This document shows, piece by piece, positions 1 through 9,400 of a DNA stretch of 32,000 nt. The notes under the pieces were generated by a model. The model was not told the origin of the DNA, did not search any database, and saw nothing but the letters and a program-made list of their open reading frames with translations. Position numbers and translations under genes: made by a program. The DNA is taken from assembly GCF_016592615.1 (NCBI RefSeq), contig NZ_AP013043.1:510001-542000 (forward strand), read 5' to 3'. Origin of the DNA: Isorropodon fossajaponicum endosymbiont JTNG4. Lineage in GTDB: Bacteria > Pseudomonadota > Gammaproteobacteria > PS1 > Pseudothioglobaceae. How positions within the stretch are numbered: the first letter of the stretch is position 1; every line of letters starts with the position of its first letter.

Positions 1-1
1 T

Positions 2-514
2 AGTAATCGTGGCGTTAAAAACATTCTCATTGCCTCAGTCGATGGACTAACGGGCTTTCCTGAGGCAATTAATGCCGTGTTCCCCCAGACTGGTGTTCAA
101 CGGTGTATTGTGCATATGGTTAGAAACTCCCTTAAATATGTGGGTTACAAAGACAGAAAGCAGGTTGCCAGTAGTCTTAAACAAATTTACCAGTCCATCA
201 GTGAAGATGAGGCTTTACTCGCATTAGATGAGTTTGAACACCAGTGGGGTAAACAGTTCCCAAGCATTGCCAAATCATGGCGACGTCATTGGGATAATGT
301 AGCAACAATATTTGCTTATCCTGAAGCCATTAGAAAGGCAGTCTATACCACCAATGCCATTGAATCCTTAAACTCAGTGATTCGTAAATCTATCAAGAAT
401 AGAAAGATTTTTAATCACGATGATTCTGCTTTTAAAGTTGTCTTTTTGGCCATTGAAGCAGCCAGTAAGAAATGGACGATGCCAATTAGAAATTGGTCAC
501 AAGCAGTGAATTAG
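2..514 (+). CDS. IS256 (Mutator-like) family transposase, C-terminal portion (partial at window edge)
   Basis: Frame 2 reads SNRGVKNILIASVDGLTGFPEAINAVFPQTGVQRCIVHMVRNSLKYV...YTTNAIESLNSVIRK, which are typical IS256 transposase motifs. There is no start codon inside the window. Confidence 0.85.
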   Translation, partial: SNRGVKNILIASVDGLTGFPEAINAVFPQTGVQRCIVHMVRNSLKYVGYKDRKQVASSLKQIYQSISEDEALLALDEFEHQWGKQFPSIAKSWRRHWDNVATIFAYPEAIRKAVYTTNAIESLNSVIRKSIKNRKIFNHDDSAFKVVFLAIEAASKKWTMPIRNWSQAVN

Positions 515-564
515 TTTATAATCCTGCATGAGGATAGATTAAAGGATTATGTCTGATTTTTAAC

Positions 565-595
565 GAGGGCTTTACACAATCTGGTTTACAGGGTC
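565..595. repeat. IS256-family terminal inverted repeat (right end, copy A)
   Basis: gagggctttacacaatctggtttacagggtc. Its last 25 nt are a perfect reverse complement of 3195-3219. Confidence 0.8.
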
Positions 596-619
596 TATTT
601 TACGTAAAGCCTTGGCTTA

Positions 620-1153
620 TTAATGCAATACTGAGCTGGTTTTATTTTCAATAATAGCAGTGTTTGTCACACCTTTCAATACAAGCCCCCAATTTGTGCT
701 AGGTAATATTTTAGCAATGAGTTCATATAAATTGTGCACCAATTCTTGATTGAGGTTAAGATTGATATTTTTACCATCAGCACTTGAAAAAACAATCAAA
801 GTCATATTGCTATCATTTGTGTTAATACTTATTTTTGTTGTTAGCATGGGTATTTGCCCAACTGGAGATTCTTTTCCCTTATTAAAAGGCGTAATGTAAT
901 CACTTTTTTCAATAATTTGTTGGTGTTGTATTTCTTGTTTGATTTTTTTAACTTCTGGTATTTCTGGCGTTCTTTGCATATCGTTGAGTGTTGGCTCAGA
1001 TTGTTGCATTGCTGGAACAAGAATTGTCCAAAAATCATTAACCAGCCGACGAGTGAGAAATAAGCAAATTTCCTCATCTGTGATGCTACCAACACGCAAA
1101 ATAATACGATCTTCTTCGGGCGAATAACTCATTTGTAATTGGTGTATTTGCAT
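620..1153 (-). CDS. Hypothetical protein (177 aa), co-oriented 10 nt downstream of lolD
   Basis: Long ORF with no signal peptide or TM segment. Two predicted domains are joined by a charged Q/E/K-rich linker. I do not recognise the family. Confidence 0.6.
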   Translation of the reverse strand: MQIHQLQMSYSPEEDRIILRVGSITDEEICLFLTRRLVNDFWTILVPAMQQSEPTLNDMQRTPEIPEVKKIKQEIQHQQIIEKSDYITPFNKGKESPVGQIPMLTTKISINTNDSNMTLIVFSSADGKNINLNLNQELVHNLYELIAKILPSTNWGLVLKGVTNTAIIENKTSSVLH

Positions 1154-1163
1154 GGTTTTACGT

Positions 1164-1844
1164 CTAGGTTAGAGGGATTAATACACCATGATTTAAGACA
1201 AGCGCTTTGTCCATTTTTGCAGCGATTTTTTCATCATGAGTAACAACAATTAGTGAACAATTTTGGGCACGATTAAGTGTTAGCATTAGATTGAGCACTT
1301 CATGAGCATTTTCAGCATCCAAATTTCCAGTGGGCTCATCTGCCAAAATACAACTAGGATTTGTAATTAAAGCCCTGGCGATAGCAACGCGTTGGCGCTC
1401 GCCACCAGAAAGCTCACTTGGTAAGTGGTTAAGGCGGTGCTCAAGCCCAATTTTTGAGAGTATTTTTTCAGCATTGGTTTGGGCAAATTGTTGATTTTTC
1501 CCTTGTATTCGCTCAGGCATTGCAACGTTATCAAGTGCGCTAAAATCATTCAATAGATGATGAAATTGATACACAAAACCTAGATATTTACCACGCAATA
1601 ATGTGGTGTCGTTTTCATTTAATAAGCCTAAATTGTTGCCATTGATGAGCACTTCGCCTTGAGTGGGTTTGTCGATACCACCTAGCAGATTAAGTAAAGT
1701 AGATTTACCACAGCCTGATTGTCCTAAGATCGCAATTGATTCACCTTGCTTAACGCTTAAGTTAAGGTTGTTAAGTATCGGCGTTTCTTGCTTGCCATCA
1801 AAGTAGCTGTAACTAAGACTATTACACTCAATAATTTTATTCAT
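1164..1844 (-). CDS. lolD: Lipoprotein-releasing system ATP-binding protein LolD
   Basis: Walker A GQSGCGKST, ABC signature LSGGERQR and Walker B ILADEPTGNLD. Its start overlaps the end of the lolC/E-type permease. Confidence 0.85.
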   Translation of the reverse strand: MNKIIECNSLSYSYFDGKQETPILNNLNLSVKQGESIAILGQSGCGKSTLLNLLGGIDKPTQGEVLINGNNLGLLNENDTTLLRGKYLGFVYQFHHLLNDFSALDNVAMPERIQGKNQQFAQTNAEKILSKIGLEHRLNHLPSELSGGERQRVAIARALITNPSCILADEPTGNLDAENAHEVLNLMLTLNRAQNCSLIVVTHDEKIAAKMDKALVLNHGVLIPLT

Positions 1845-3072
1845 GATTTAATACCTTGGCAATATCTATTTTTCCTGCGCGTTTGGCAGGAAAAATAGAG
1901 GCGATTATGACTAAAATAAAACTACCCAAGGCAACTTTTGCGATGTCTGTCATGTGTATTTCAGAAGGAAATCGAGTAATATAAAACACATCTTTTGGAA
2001 AGAACTGAAAGCCCAAAAGGGACTCAATGCCACTAACAACCATTTCAATATTAAGCGAGAGCAAGACACCTAAAATACTACCAATAGTAATACCAACCAA
2101 ACCAATTGTCAGTCCTTGGTAAAAATATATTTTTACAATGCGATTGGGCGTCATGCCAAGAGTTCTTAAAATAGCGATGTCAGCTTTTTTATCAGTCACT
2201 ACCATAACCATCATAGAAACAATATTAAAAGCAGCCACTGCAATAATGAGTGATAATATGATACCAATCATTTGCTTTTCAAGATTAAGTGCTTTAATAA
2301 AGTTGGCCTTTTGTTCCGTCCAATCAACGCCATAATATTGATCACTTTGCAAGCTGGCAACAACCTCACGAGTGATTTTCTTAGCATTAAACAAATCATC
2401 AACCTTAAGTCGAATGCCAGAAACTTGACCTTTCATAGAGTACAACTTTTGAGCTTGCTCTAAGCTAATAAATGCTAAATTATTGTCATACTCACCAATT
2501 CCAGCATCAAAAATACCACTAATGGTAAAGCGTTTAAACCTGGGTTGAATGCCTATAATATCAGAAGATAATTTAGGGGTAAGTAGTGTAATTTTATCAT
2601 TAACAATCACACCTAATTGCGCTGCCAGCCCTGCACCAATTAAAATGTCTGATTTAAGTAAGTTGGCACTACCAGACTTAATTTTATTTAACAAAATAGA
2701 AGTTTTTTTCTCCAAATCAGGTTTAATACCTCGCACACTAATGCCTTTGGCGCCATTTTTTGCACTGAGTAAAGCATATTTTTCAATATAGGGCGAAGTG
2801 CTAACAATGTTAGGATGTTGGTTGATTTGGGTTTGTAAATCCTGCCAATTATCAACCAAGCCATTATATTGAGTAATATATGAATGAGAAATAGCATTTA
2901 ACACCCTATCTCTAAGTTCTTTGTGAAACCCATTCATAACAGATAGTACGGTAATCAAGGTAACGATAGATAAAATCAAACCGACCATAGAAACCCCAGA
3001 AATAAAGGAAACAAAGCCCTTTTTTTGACTGGATCGCAAATATTGATTAGAAATTGTAAATTCGATACTCAT
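1837..3072 (-). CDS. lolC: Lipoprotein-releasing system permease, LolC/LolE family
   Basis: 411 aa of MacB/FtsX-like topology: N-terminal TM, large periplasmic domain and C-terminal TM bundle. Translationally coupled to lolD. Confidence 0.8.
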   Translation of the reverse strand: MSIEFTISNQYLRSSQKKGFVSFISGVSMVGLILSIVTLITVLSVMNGFHKELRDRVLNAISHSYITQYNGLVDNWQDLQTQINQHPNIVSTSPYIEKYALLSAKNGAKGISVRGIKPDLEKKTSILLNKIKSGSANLLKSDILIGAGLAAQLGVIVNDKITLLTPKLSSDIIGIQPRFKRFTISGIFDAGIGEYDNNLAFISLEQAQKLYSMKGQVSGIRLKVDDLFNAKKITREVVASLQSDQYYGVDWTEQKANFIKALNLEKQMIGIILSLIIAVAAFNIVSMMVMVVTDKKADIAILRTLGMTPNRIVKIYFYQGLTIGLVGITIGSILGVLLSLNIEMVVSGIESLLGFQFFPKDVFYITRFPSEIHMTDIAKVALGSFILVIIASIFPAKRAGKIDIAKVLNHE

Positions 3073-3136
3073 TAGGGTGATATTTTGTCATAAATTAACC
3101 AGCTTAAGGGTGTAAAATCTAGCCAATAGAAAAAAT

Positions 3137-3163
3137 TTGATTGAATAAAAGCAATGCTATAAT
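3137..3163 (+). promoter_or_regulatory. Possible sigma70 promoter with extended -10 (ttgatt ... tgctataat) pointing into the IS left end
   Basis: TGnTATAAT lies at 3155-3163 with a TTGATT-like -35 placed 15-16 nt upstream. Pattern only. Confidence 0.25.
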
Positions 3164-3194
3164 CACTCAAAAACTCATAATAAAAACATAGTTT

Positions 3195-3848
3195 GACCCT
3201 GTAAACCAGATTGTGTAAACCCTCATATTTTATAATCCCCGAAAAGGAGAAAAAACATGAGTAACACAATACCAAGAAACAAAAAAAAGCAACTTAACAA
3301 CACAGGCATCAACCAGAAAAAGCTCCGTGCTTTTGCTGATGAACTTGCCAAAGACATCCACACCCAAGATGATTTAGCAGATCTAGCTGCTTCACTGGTT
3401 AAAATGACCATTGAAGCAGCATTAGGTGCTGAGATGGAACATCATCTTGGTTATCCAAAATATGGGCAAAATAGCAGCGAGCTTAATACAGACAGCAATG
3501 CTCGTAATGGCTATTACCCTAAAACCGTCAAAGGCAATCATGGTGAAGTTGAACTTGCTATCCCAAGAGACCGCAGAGGTAGCTTTGAACCTTTAATTAT
3601 TGAAAAAGGTCAAACGCCGATTGGGTGCTTTTGATAGTCAGATATTAAGCCTATATGCCAAAGGCATAGGTACCCGTGACATCGTCTCAACCTTTAAAGA
3701 AATGTATGATGTAGACATCTCAGCAACATTGGTATCCAATGTCACTCAGCAGGCGGTTATCACCCAAGCGATTGAATGGCGTAATCGTCCACTTGATGAA
3801 ATTTACCTATTGTCTATTTAGATGGTATTGTCATTAAAGTTAGGCAAA
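3195..3848 (+). mobile_element. IS256-family insertion sequence, 5' part only (copy B, truncated and frameshifted)
   Basis: Left terminal IR at 3195-3224. The transposase N-terminal region follows and then stops abruptly at about 3848, where unrelated duplicated DNA begins. Confidence 0.85.
3257..3848 (+). pseudogene. IS256-family transposase pseudogene (N-terminal about 195 codons; two frameshifts plus 3' truncation)
   Basis: ORFs 3257-3634 and 3600-3821 are consecutive pieces of one transposase (...FEPLIIEKGQT / RLGAFDSQILSLYAKG...). An extra C sits near 3615 and one base is lost near 3806. A third frame reads YLDGIVIKVRQ and then ends. Confidence 0.85.
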
Positions 3849-3928
3849 GAGTTCATATAAATTGTGCACCAATTCTTGATTGAGGTTAAGATTGATATTT
3901 TTTACCATCAGCACTTGAAAAAACAATC
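3849..3928. repeat. Direct duplicate of 719-797 (internal piece of the 620-1153 gene), fused to the truncated IS
   Basis: gagttcatataaattgtgcaccaattcttgattgaggttaagattgatatttt(t)taccatcagcacttgaaaaaacaatc is identical apart from one extra T in the T-run. Confidence 0.9.
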
Positions 3929-4048
3929 TTCCATAACTAAAATTAAGTGCAAATTATAATAAGATTTAAACATTAAATAGGCTTAAATATCTGAGTTCTG
4001 ATAAAATCGTCTAACTTTTTAATTTTATTAAACAAGGAGTTTGTAAAA

Positions 4049-5128
4049 ATGAGCCAAGTTTATAACTTTAGTGCTGGTCCTGCTATGTTGCCAACACAAG
4101 TACTAAAACAAATGCAAGATGAGTTATTAGAATATGGCAATGCACATGCATCGGTGATGGAAATTTCGCATCGTGGTGGTGATTTTATGGCAATGGCGAA
4201 AAAATCAGAACAAGATTTAAGAGACTTGATGGGCATTCCCAGTCACTATAAAGTTTTGTTTTTGCAAGGGGGTGCGTCGGCTCAATTTTCAATGGTGCCG
4301 ATTAATTTACTTCAGGGAAAAACTAAGGCTAATTATGCACATACGGGTCATTGGTCTAAAAAGGCAATTGCTGAAGGTAAGCGTTATTGCGAAGTAAACA
4401 TTTGCACCGACAGCTCAGACAATAAATATACCAATATTGATGCCTTTGAAAATTGGAACATTGACCCTGATGGTGCTTATTTACATTACACGCCTAATGA
4501 AACTATCGCAGGCTTAGAATTTGACTATGTGCCAGAGGTGGGTATGCCACTTGTGGCTGACATGTCATCAAGTATTTTGTCGCGTGAGGTTGATGTGTCA
4601 AAGTATGGTGTTATTTATGCGGGTGCGCAAAAAAATATTGGTATTGCAGGGTTGACAATTGTGATTGTTAGAGAGGATTTGATGGGCAATGTGGTGGCTA
4701 ATCAACCCGTGTTGTTTGACTATACAACGCAAGCGAATAATGATTCAATGTATAACACGCCATCAACTTATCCTTGGTACGTGGCATCTCGTGTGTTTGA
4801 ATGGCTTAAACAACAAGGCGGATTGAGCGCTATAGCTAAGATTAATCAAACCAAGGCAAAAACACTTTATGATGCGATTGATGGTTCTGATTTTTACTCA
4901 AACCCAGTGGCAATAAAATATCGCTCTCGGATGAACGTGACATTTTTGCTAGCTGATGAAAGCCTCAATGGCTTGTTTTTGGAAAAAGCAGCCGCTAATA
5001 ATTTAATCACCTTAAAAGGCTATCGTAGTGTGGGCGGTATGCGTGCTAGCATTTATAATGCTATGCCACAAGAGGGCATTAATGAATTGGTGAATTTTAT
5101 GAAAGCATTTGAAAAGGAAAACACCTAA
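4049..5128 (+). CDS. serC: Phosphoserine aminotransferase
   Basis: MSQVYNFSAGPAMLP... N-terminus, 359 aa, class V aminotransferase layout, with AGGAG 8 nt upstream. Confidence 0.9.
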   Translation: MSQVYNFSAGPAMLPTQVLKQMQDELLEYGNAHASVMEISHRGGDFMAMAKKSEQDLRDLMGIPSHYKVLFLQGGASAQFSMVPINLLQGKTKANYAHTGHWSKKAIAEGKRYCEVNICTDSSDNKYTNIDAFENWNIDPDGAYLHYTPNETIAGLEFDYVPEVGMPLVADMSSSILSREVDVSKYGVIYAGAQKNIGIAGLTIVIVREDLMGNVVANQPVLFDYTTQANNDSMYNTPSTYPWYVASRVFEWLKQQGGLSAIAKINQTKAKTLYDAIDGSDFYSNPVAIKYRSRMNVTFLLADESLNGLFLEKAAANNLITLKGYRSVGGMRASIYNAMPQEGINELVNFMKAFEKENT

Positions 5129-6285
5129 TGATTAAGATTCTCACGCTTAATAATATCTCACCAATTGGCTTGGAAAAATTACCAAGAAAAGATTATGAAA
5201 TTGCCTCAGAAATGAGTAATCCTGATGCAATTTTAGTGCGTAGTGCAAAAATGCATGATATGGAAATTAATGATAACCTTAAAGTTGTTGGCCGTGCTGG
5301 CGCAGGCGTTAATAACATTCCACTGGATAAAATGAGCGATAAGGGTGTGGTGGTTTTTAATGCACCAGGTGCGAATGCTAATGCGGTGAAAGAATTAGTT
5401 ATTAGCTCAATGTTACTTGCAAGTCGTAATATTTGCCAAGCTTGGCATTATGTTAATAATTTACCACTTGATAATTTAAAAACTGCCATTGAAGAAGGTA
5501 AGAAACATTATGCTGGCTCTGAATTACCAGGTAAAACGCTAGGGATTGTTGGTTTGGGTGCAATTGGGGTGCAAATTGCTAATGCGGCACATGCTTTAGG
5601 TATGAATGTTATTGGTTTTGATCCTAGCATAACCATTAAAAGCGCTTGGAAGTTATCTGCAGGTGTAGAGCAAGCATTGAGTATTGATGAGCTGTTTTCA
5701 CGCAGTGATTTTGTTTCATTCCACGTGCCATTACTCGAAGGCACTAAAAACTTATTAAATAAAGAACGTATTGCTTTATTGCCAAAAGATGCAACTGTTC
5801 TTAATTTTGCCCGCGACGGTATTGTTGATGAAGAAGCTTTAATGGTTGCCCTTGAGAGTGGTGAAGTTAAGTATTACGTGACTGATTTTCCAATTGATGA
5901 CAAAAAAAATCATGACAGAGTGATTGCTTTGCCACATTTGGGCGCATCAACAGTAGAGGCTGAAGACAACTGTGCGATTATGATCACAAACCAAGTAAGA
6001 GATTATTTAGAAAATGGCAATATTACCAACTCGGTAAATTTTCCAGAAGCATCAATGCCAAGAGCAGGCAAGGAGCGACTGGCCATTACCCATAAAAATA
6101 TTCCTAATATGGTGGGTCAAATCTCAACAACCATTGCAGATTCTGGTGCTAATATTATTGATATGCTTAACAAATCAAGAGATAATGTTGCTTATACTTT
6201 GGTTGATTTGGACCGTGAAATTTCACCTTCGGTTATTAATAATTTAAAGCAAGTCAAAGGTATATTGACTGTTAGAGGCCTTTAA
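5128..6285 (+). CDS. serA: D-3-phosphoglycerate dehydrogenase (short form with C-terminal ACT domain)
   Basis: 2-hydroxyacid dehydrogenase NAD motif GIVGLGAIG and an ACT-like C-terminus. Its start overlaps the serC stop (TAATG). Confidence 0.8.
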   Translation: MIKILTLNNISPIGLEKLPRKDYEIASEMSNPDAILVRSAKMHDMEINDNLKVVGRAGAGVNNIPLDKMSDKGVVVFNAPGANANAVKELVISSMLLASRNICQAWHYVNNLPLDNLKTAIEEGKKHYAGSELPGKTLGIVGLGAIGVQIANAAHALGMNVIGFDPSITIKSAWKLSAGVEQALSIDELFSRSDFVSFHVPLLEGTKNLLNKERIALLPKDATVLNFARDGIVDEEALMVALESGEVKYYVTDFPIDDKKNHDRVIALPHLGASTVEAEDNCAIMITNQVRDYLENGNITNSVNFPEASMPRAGKERLAITHKNIPNMVGQISTTIADSGANIIDMLNKSRDNVAYTLVDLDREISPSVINNLKQVKGILTVRGL

Positions 6286-6295
6286 GAGATAAAGC

Positions 6296-7375
6296 ATGAG
6301 CAAAAAAACACTGCTAGAATTGCGTGATGAGATTGACGCATTAGATAAAAAAATTCAGCTATTAATTGGCAATCGTGCACAGCTAGCTGCTGAGGTTGCA
6401 CAGGTAAAAAAAATCTCGGATGATGATAGTATTTTTTATCGACCTGAGCGTGAAGCACAAGTGCTACGTTCAATTATTAAAAGAAATGATAGTTTATTAA
6501 AAGACAAAGACATGGCGTATATTTTTCGACAAATTATGTCAGCCTGTCTTGCACTTGAGCAGCCTTTAAATATTGCTTATTTAGGTCCTGAAGGTACCTT
6601 TACACAAGAAGCAGCACTTAAACATTTTGGACACAGCGTATTTACACTTGATTGTGCAAGTATTGATGAGATTTTTCATCAAGTTGAAAAGGGCAATGCG
6701 CATTATGGCGTTGTGCCTATTGAGAATTCATCTAATGGCGTGATTGGTGCTACGGTTGATATGCTTTATTCTCAAAATTTAAAAATTTGTGGCGAGGTGG
6801 AAATTTCAATTCAGCATCAGCTAATGAGTGCAAATCAGTCACAAGAAATTAAAGTTATTTATGCCCACTCTCAAGCATTGGATCAATGCCAACGTTGGCT
6901 AAGTAATCACTATCCAAGCACCGAGTTAAAATCAGTGGCATCAAACGCATTGGCTGCCCGTATTGCTAAAGATGAAGTGGGCGTTGCTGCTATTGCCTCA
7001 GAAGTGGCATTAAGTTTATACGGCTTAGAAAGAATTGCTAAAAATATTGAAGATAAGGCTGGCAATGTCACTCGTTTTTTAATTCTTGGTAAAGAGGATG
7101 TTCCTACTTCTGGTGAAGATAAAACCTCGCTTTTAGTTGTGACTAAGCACGAATCTGGTGCGCTGTTTGATTTGTTAGAGCCATTTAAACAGCAAAATAT
7201 TAATATGATACAACTGGCAAAACACCCCATGCCTGGTGTTAAGTGGGAGTATCTATTTTTAATTGATATTGAGGGGCATAAAGATGATAAAAAAGTAAAT
7301 TTGGCATTAGCAGAAGTGTCCAGTAGAGTGCTTAAAGTTAATGTGCTTGGCTCGTATCCTGTTGCTGTTTTATAA
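6296..7375 (+). CDS. pheA: Bifunctional chorismate mutase / prephenate dehydratase (P-protein)
   Basis: N-terminal LRDEIDALDKKIQLLIGNRAQLA (CM type 2), a PDT domain and a C-terminal ACT domain. Confidence 0.9.
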   Translation: MSKKTLLELRDEIDALDKKIQLLIGNRAQLAAEVAQVKKISDDDSIFYRPEREAQVLRSIIKRNDSLLKDKDMAYIFRQIMSACLALEQPLNIAYLGPEGTFTQEAALKHFGHSVFTLDCASIDEIFHQVEKGNAHYGVVPIENSSNGVIGATVDMLYSQNLKICGEVEISIQHQLMSANQSQEIKVIYAHSQALDQCQRWLSNHYPSTELKSVASNALAARIAKDEVGVAAIASEVALSLYGLERIAKNIEDKAGNVTRFLILGKEDVPTSGEDKTSLLVVTKHESGALFDLLEPFKQQNINMIQLAKHPMPGVKWEYLFLIDIEGHKDDKKVNLALAEVSSRVLKVNVLGSYPVAVL

Positions 7376-7447
7376 GGTGATTTTTCGTATTAATTGTTAT
7401 GAAAATATTAATTTTTAAGAGGCTGGTTTTTTCTTTTACACATTTAC

Positions 7448-7475
7448 AAAACCCTTTCTTATTTGGAGGGTTTTT
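7448..7475 (+). promoter_or_regulatory. Hairpin aaaaccct-(11 nt)-agggtttt plus T-run between pheA and hisC; weak terminator or RBS-occluding stem
   Basis: 8-bp stem. The right arm contains the hisC Shine-Dalgarno GGAGGG and a T-run follows. Confidence 0.3.
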
Positions 7476-7478
7476 ACT

Positions 7479-8543
7479 ATGAGTGTTTGCTTGGCAATAA
7501 AGTCTTTAAGGCCTTATCAAGGTGGCAAGCCTATTGCTGAATTACGTCGTGAACTGGGGCTAGTGCATATCGTTAAGCTCGCTAGCAACGAAAACCCTTT
7601 GGGTATTGGGCCTAGAGTGCAAAAAGCTATACAACAAGCTATTACCGAGGTTAGTAGATACCCTGATGGCAATGGCTTTGAACTAAAACAAGCAATTAGT
7701 GAGCATTTAAATGTTGCTACTAATTGCATTACATTAGGCAATGGCTCAAATGATATTTTAGAATTAGTGGCTAAGGTTTGTGTTTGTGATGTTGATGATG
7801 AAGTGGTGTTTTCAGAATATGTGTTTGTGGTTTACCCTTTGGTGACTCAAGCACTTGGTGCAAAGTCAGTGGTGACAAAATCTAAGAATTTTGGGCATGA
7901 TTTAGATGCAATGCTTGCAGCAATTAGCGATAAAACCAAACTTATTTTCATTGCTAATCCAAACAATCCAACAGGCACGCTTTTAAGTGATGAAGCCATT
8001 TATCAATTTTTAAAACAAGTACCACAATCAGTCATTATGGTCTTGGATCAGGCTTATTTTGAATATTTAGATATTGAAGATAGGGCGATTGGATGGCTAA
8101 AAGAATTTGATAATTTAGTCATTACCCGTACTTTTTCTAAAGTGTATGCTTTGGCAGGATTAAGAGTAGGTTATAGCGTATCAAGCGCTAAGATAGCTGA
8201 TTATTTAAATCGTATTCGCCAGCCCTTTAATGTCAATCACATTGCGCAAATAGCTGCTATATCAGCATTGGCTGATGATTCTTTTTTAACAAGATCCGTA
8301 TTTGCTAATAAAAATGGATTAATTCAGTTGTCAAAAGGGTTTGATGAATTACAACTTTCTTATATCAAGTCTTTTGCAAATTTTATTGCACTAAAGGTTG
8401 ATAATGCAACCGACATTTATCAAAAGTTACTAACAAAAGGCTTTATTGTACGACCAGTGGAGATGGAGAATTATTTAAGAGTGTCTGTTGGCACGTTAAA
8501 AGAAAACAATGATTTTTTAGAGGCGTTAAAATCAGTCTTATGA
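7479..8543 (+). CDS. hisC: Histidinol-phosphate / aromatic aminotransferase
   Basis: 354 aa class II aminotransferase (...KLASNENPLG..., TRTFSKVYALAGLRVGY). Sits in the conserved serC-pheA-hisC-tyrA-aroA context. Confidence 0.85.
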   Translation: MSVCLAIKSLRPYQGGKPIAELRRELGLVHIVKLASNENPLGIGPRVQKAIQQAITEVSRYPDGNGFELKQAISEHLNVATNCITLGNGSNDILELVAKVCVCDVDDEVVFSEYVFVVYPLVTQALGAKSVVTKSKNFGHDLDAMLAAISDKTKLIFIANPNNPTGTLLSDEAIYQFLKQVPQSVIMVLDQAYFEYLDIEDRAIGWLKEFDNLVITRTFSKVYALAGLRVGYSVSSAKIADYLNRIRQPFNVNHIAQIAAISALADDSFLTRSVFANKNGLIQLSKGFDELQLSYIKSFANFIALKVDNATDIYQKLLTKGFIVRPVEMENYLRVSVGTLKENNDFLEALKSVL

Positions 8544-9394
8544 TAGATAAAATTTGCATTATTGGTGTTGGATTAATTGGTGGTTCTTTTGCGACTGGAT
8601 TAAAACGAACTAATCAAGTTAAAACTATTATTGGTTTTTCTAGGCAAGAGTCGCACCTTAAAAAAGCACAAGAAATGGGCGTTATTGATGCGTATAGTTT
8701 GGATATTGCCCAGGCTTTAAAACAAGTGCAAATGGTTATTATTGCAACGCCAGTGAATAGCTTTCAAGCTATTTTAGAACTGATTAAGCCTCATATTGAT
8801 GAATCGGTTATTATTTCTGATGTTGGTAGTACCAAGGGCAGTGTGATAAAAATTGCCAAATTGGTATTTGGTCAAATGCCAGCAAGATTTATCCCAGCTC
8901 ATCCAATTGCTGGTAAGGAAAAAAGTGGTATTGAAGCAGTTGATGCTCAATTATTTAACCACAAGCGTGTTATTTTAACGCCAGAAGAAAATGCAGACAC
9001 TCAAGCAGTAGATATATTAAGTAGCCTGTGGCGCTCACTCGGCGCTAAAGTAGAGATTATGAGCGATGAAAAGCATGATGATTTACTGGCCATAACCTCT
9101 CATTTGCCACATATGTTGGCGTATGGGCTGATGGATTATTTAATCAACAACAATCCAAATGCTTGTCGTTATGCGGCAGGTGGATTTAAGGATTTTTCAC
9201 GTATTGCCTCGTCAGATGCACTTATGTGGCGTGATATTTGCATTAACAACCCTAAGGAAATTGTGAAGCACATTGAAGGCTATCAACAGACGTTAGAAAA
9301 AATATCAAACTTGATTAAAAATAATCAAGCACAAGCACTGGAAAAGCTTTTTCAAGAGGCTAAATCTGCACGAGATAACTGGTTGGATGGTTAA
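8540..9394 (+). CDS. tyrA: Prephenate dehydrogenase
   Basis: Rossmann motif IIGVGLIGGS, PDH domain (HPIAGKEKSG), ATGA overlap with hisC. Confidence 0.85.
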   Translation: MIDKICIIGVGLIGGSFATGLKRTNQVKTIIGFSRQESHLKKAQEMGVIDAYSLDIAQALKQVQMVIIATPVNSFQAILELIKPHIDESVIISDVGSTKGSVIKIAKLVFGQMPARFIPAHPIAGKEKSGIEAVDAQLFNHKRVILTPEENADTQAVDILSSLWRSLGAKVEIMSDEKHDDLLAITSHLPHMLAYGLMDYLINNNPNACRYAAGGFKDFSRIASSDALMWRDICINNPKEIVKHIEGYQQTLEKISNLIKNNQAQALEKLFQEAKSARDNWLDG

Positions 9395-9400
9395 AAAAAT

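Larger units (their letters stand above)
1..595 (+). mobile_element. IS256-family insertion sequence, 3' part (copy A, continues left of the window)
   Basis: The transposase frame is open from base 2. The element ends in a terminal inverted repeat at 565-595 that is the reverse complement of 3195-3224. Confidence 0.85.

Noticed and set aside
841-1127. Three overlapping short ORFs (841-1095 minus; 854-1063 and 939-1127 plus) inside the 620-1153 gene
   Set aside because: These are alternative-frame or antisense shadows of the longer ORF in AT-rich DNA, with low-complexity sequences and no motifs.
3072-3411. Minus-strand ORFs 3072-3275 and 3223-3411
   Set aside because: They span the lolC upstream region, the IS terminal repeat and the antisense strand of the transposase. 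They have no RBS or motifs and their hydrophobic composition comes from T-rich codons.
3257-3821. Possible programmed ribosomal frameshift in the IS transposase
   Set aside because: IS256-family transposases are normally a single ORF. This copy has two separate indels and a 3' truncation, so decay explains it better than recoding.
5128-6285. serA between serC and pheA as an unusual insertion in the aromatic and serine operon
   Set aside because: It is functionally coherent (serine pathway) and tightly coupled by overlapping stop/start, so it looks like an ordinary operon variant.
6910-7230. 106-aa antisense ORF in pheA, and similar ones in serA, hisC, aroA, lgt, era, lepA and ctpA
   Set aside because: Each is embedded opposite a well-supported conserved CDS and has no independent signals.
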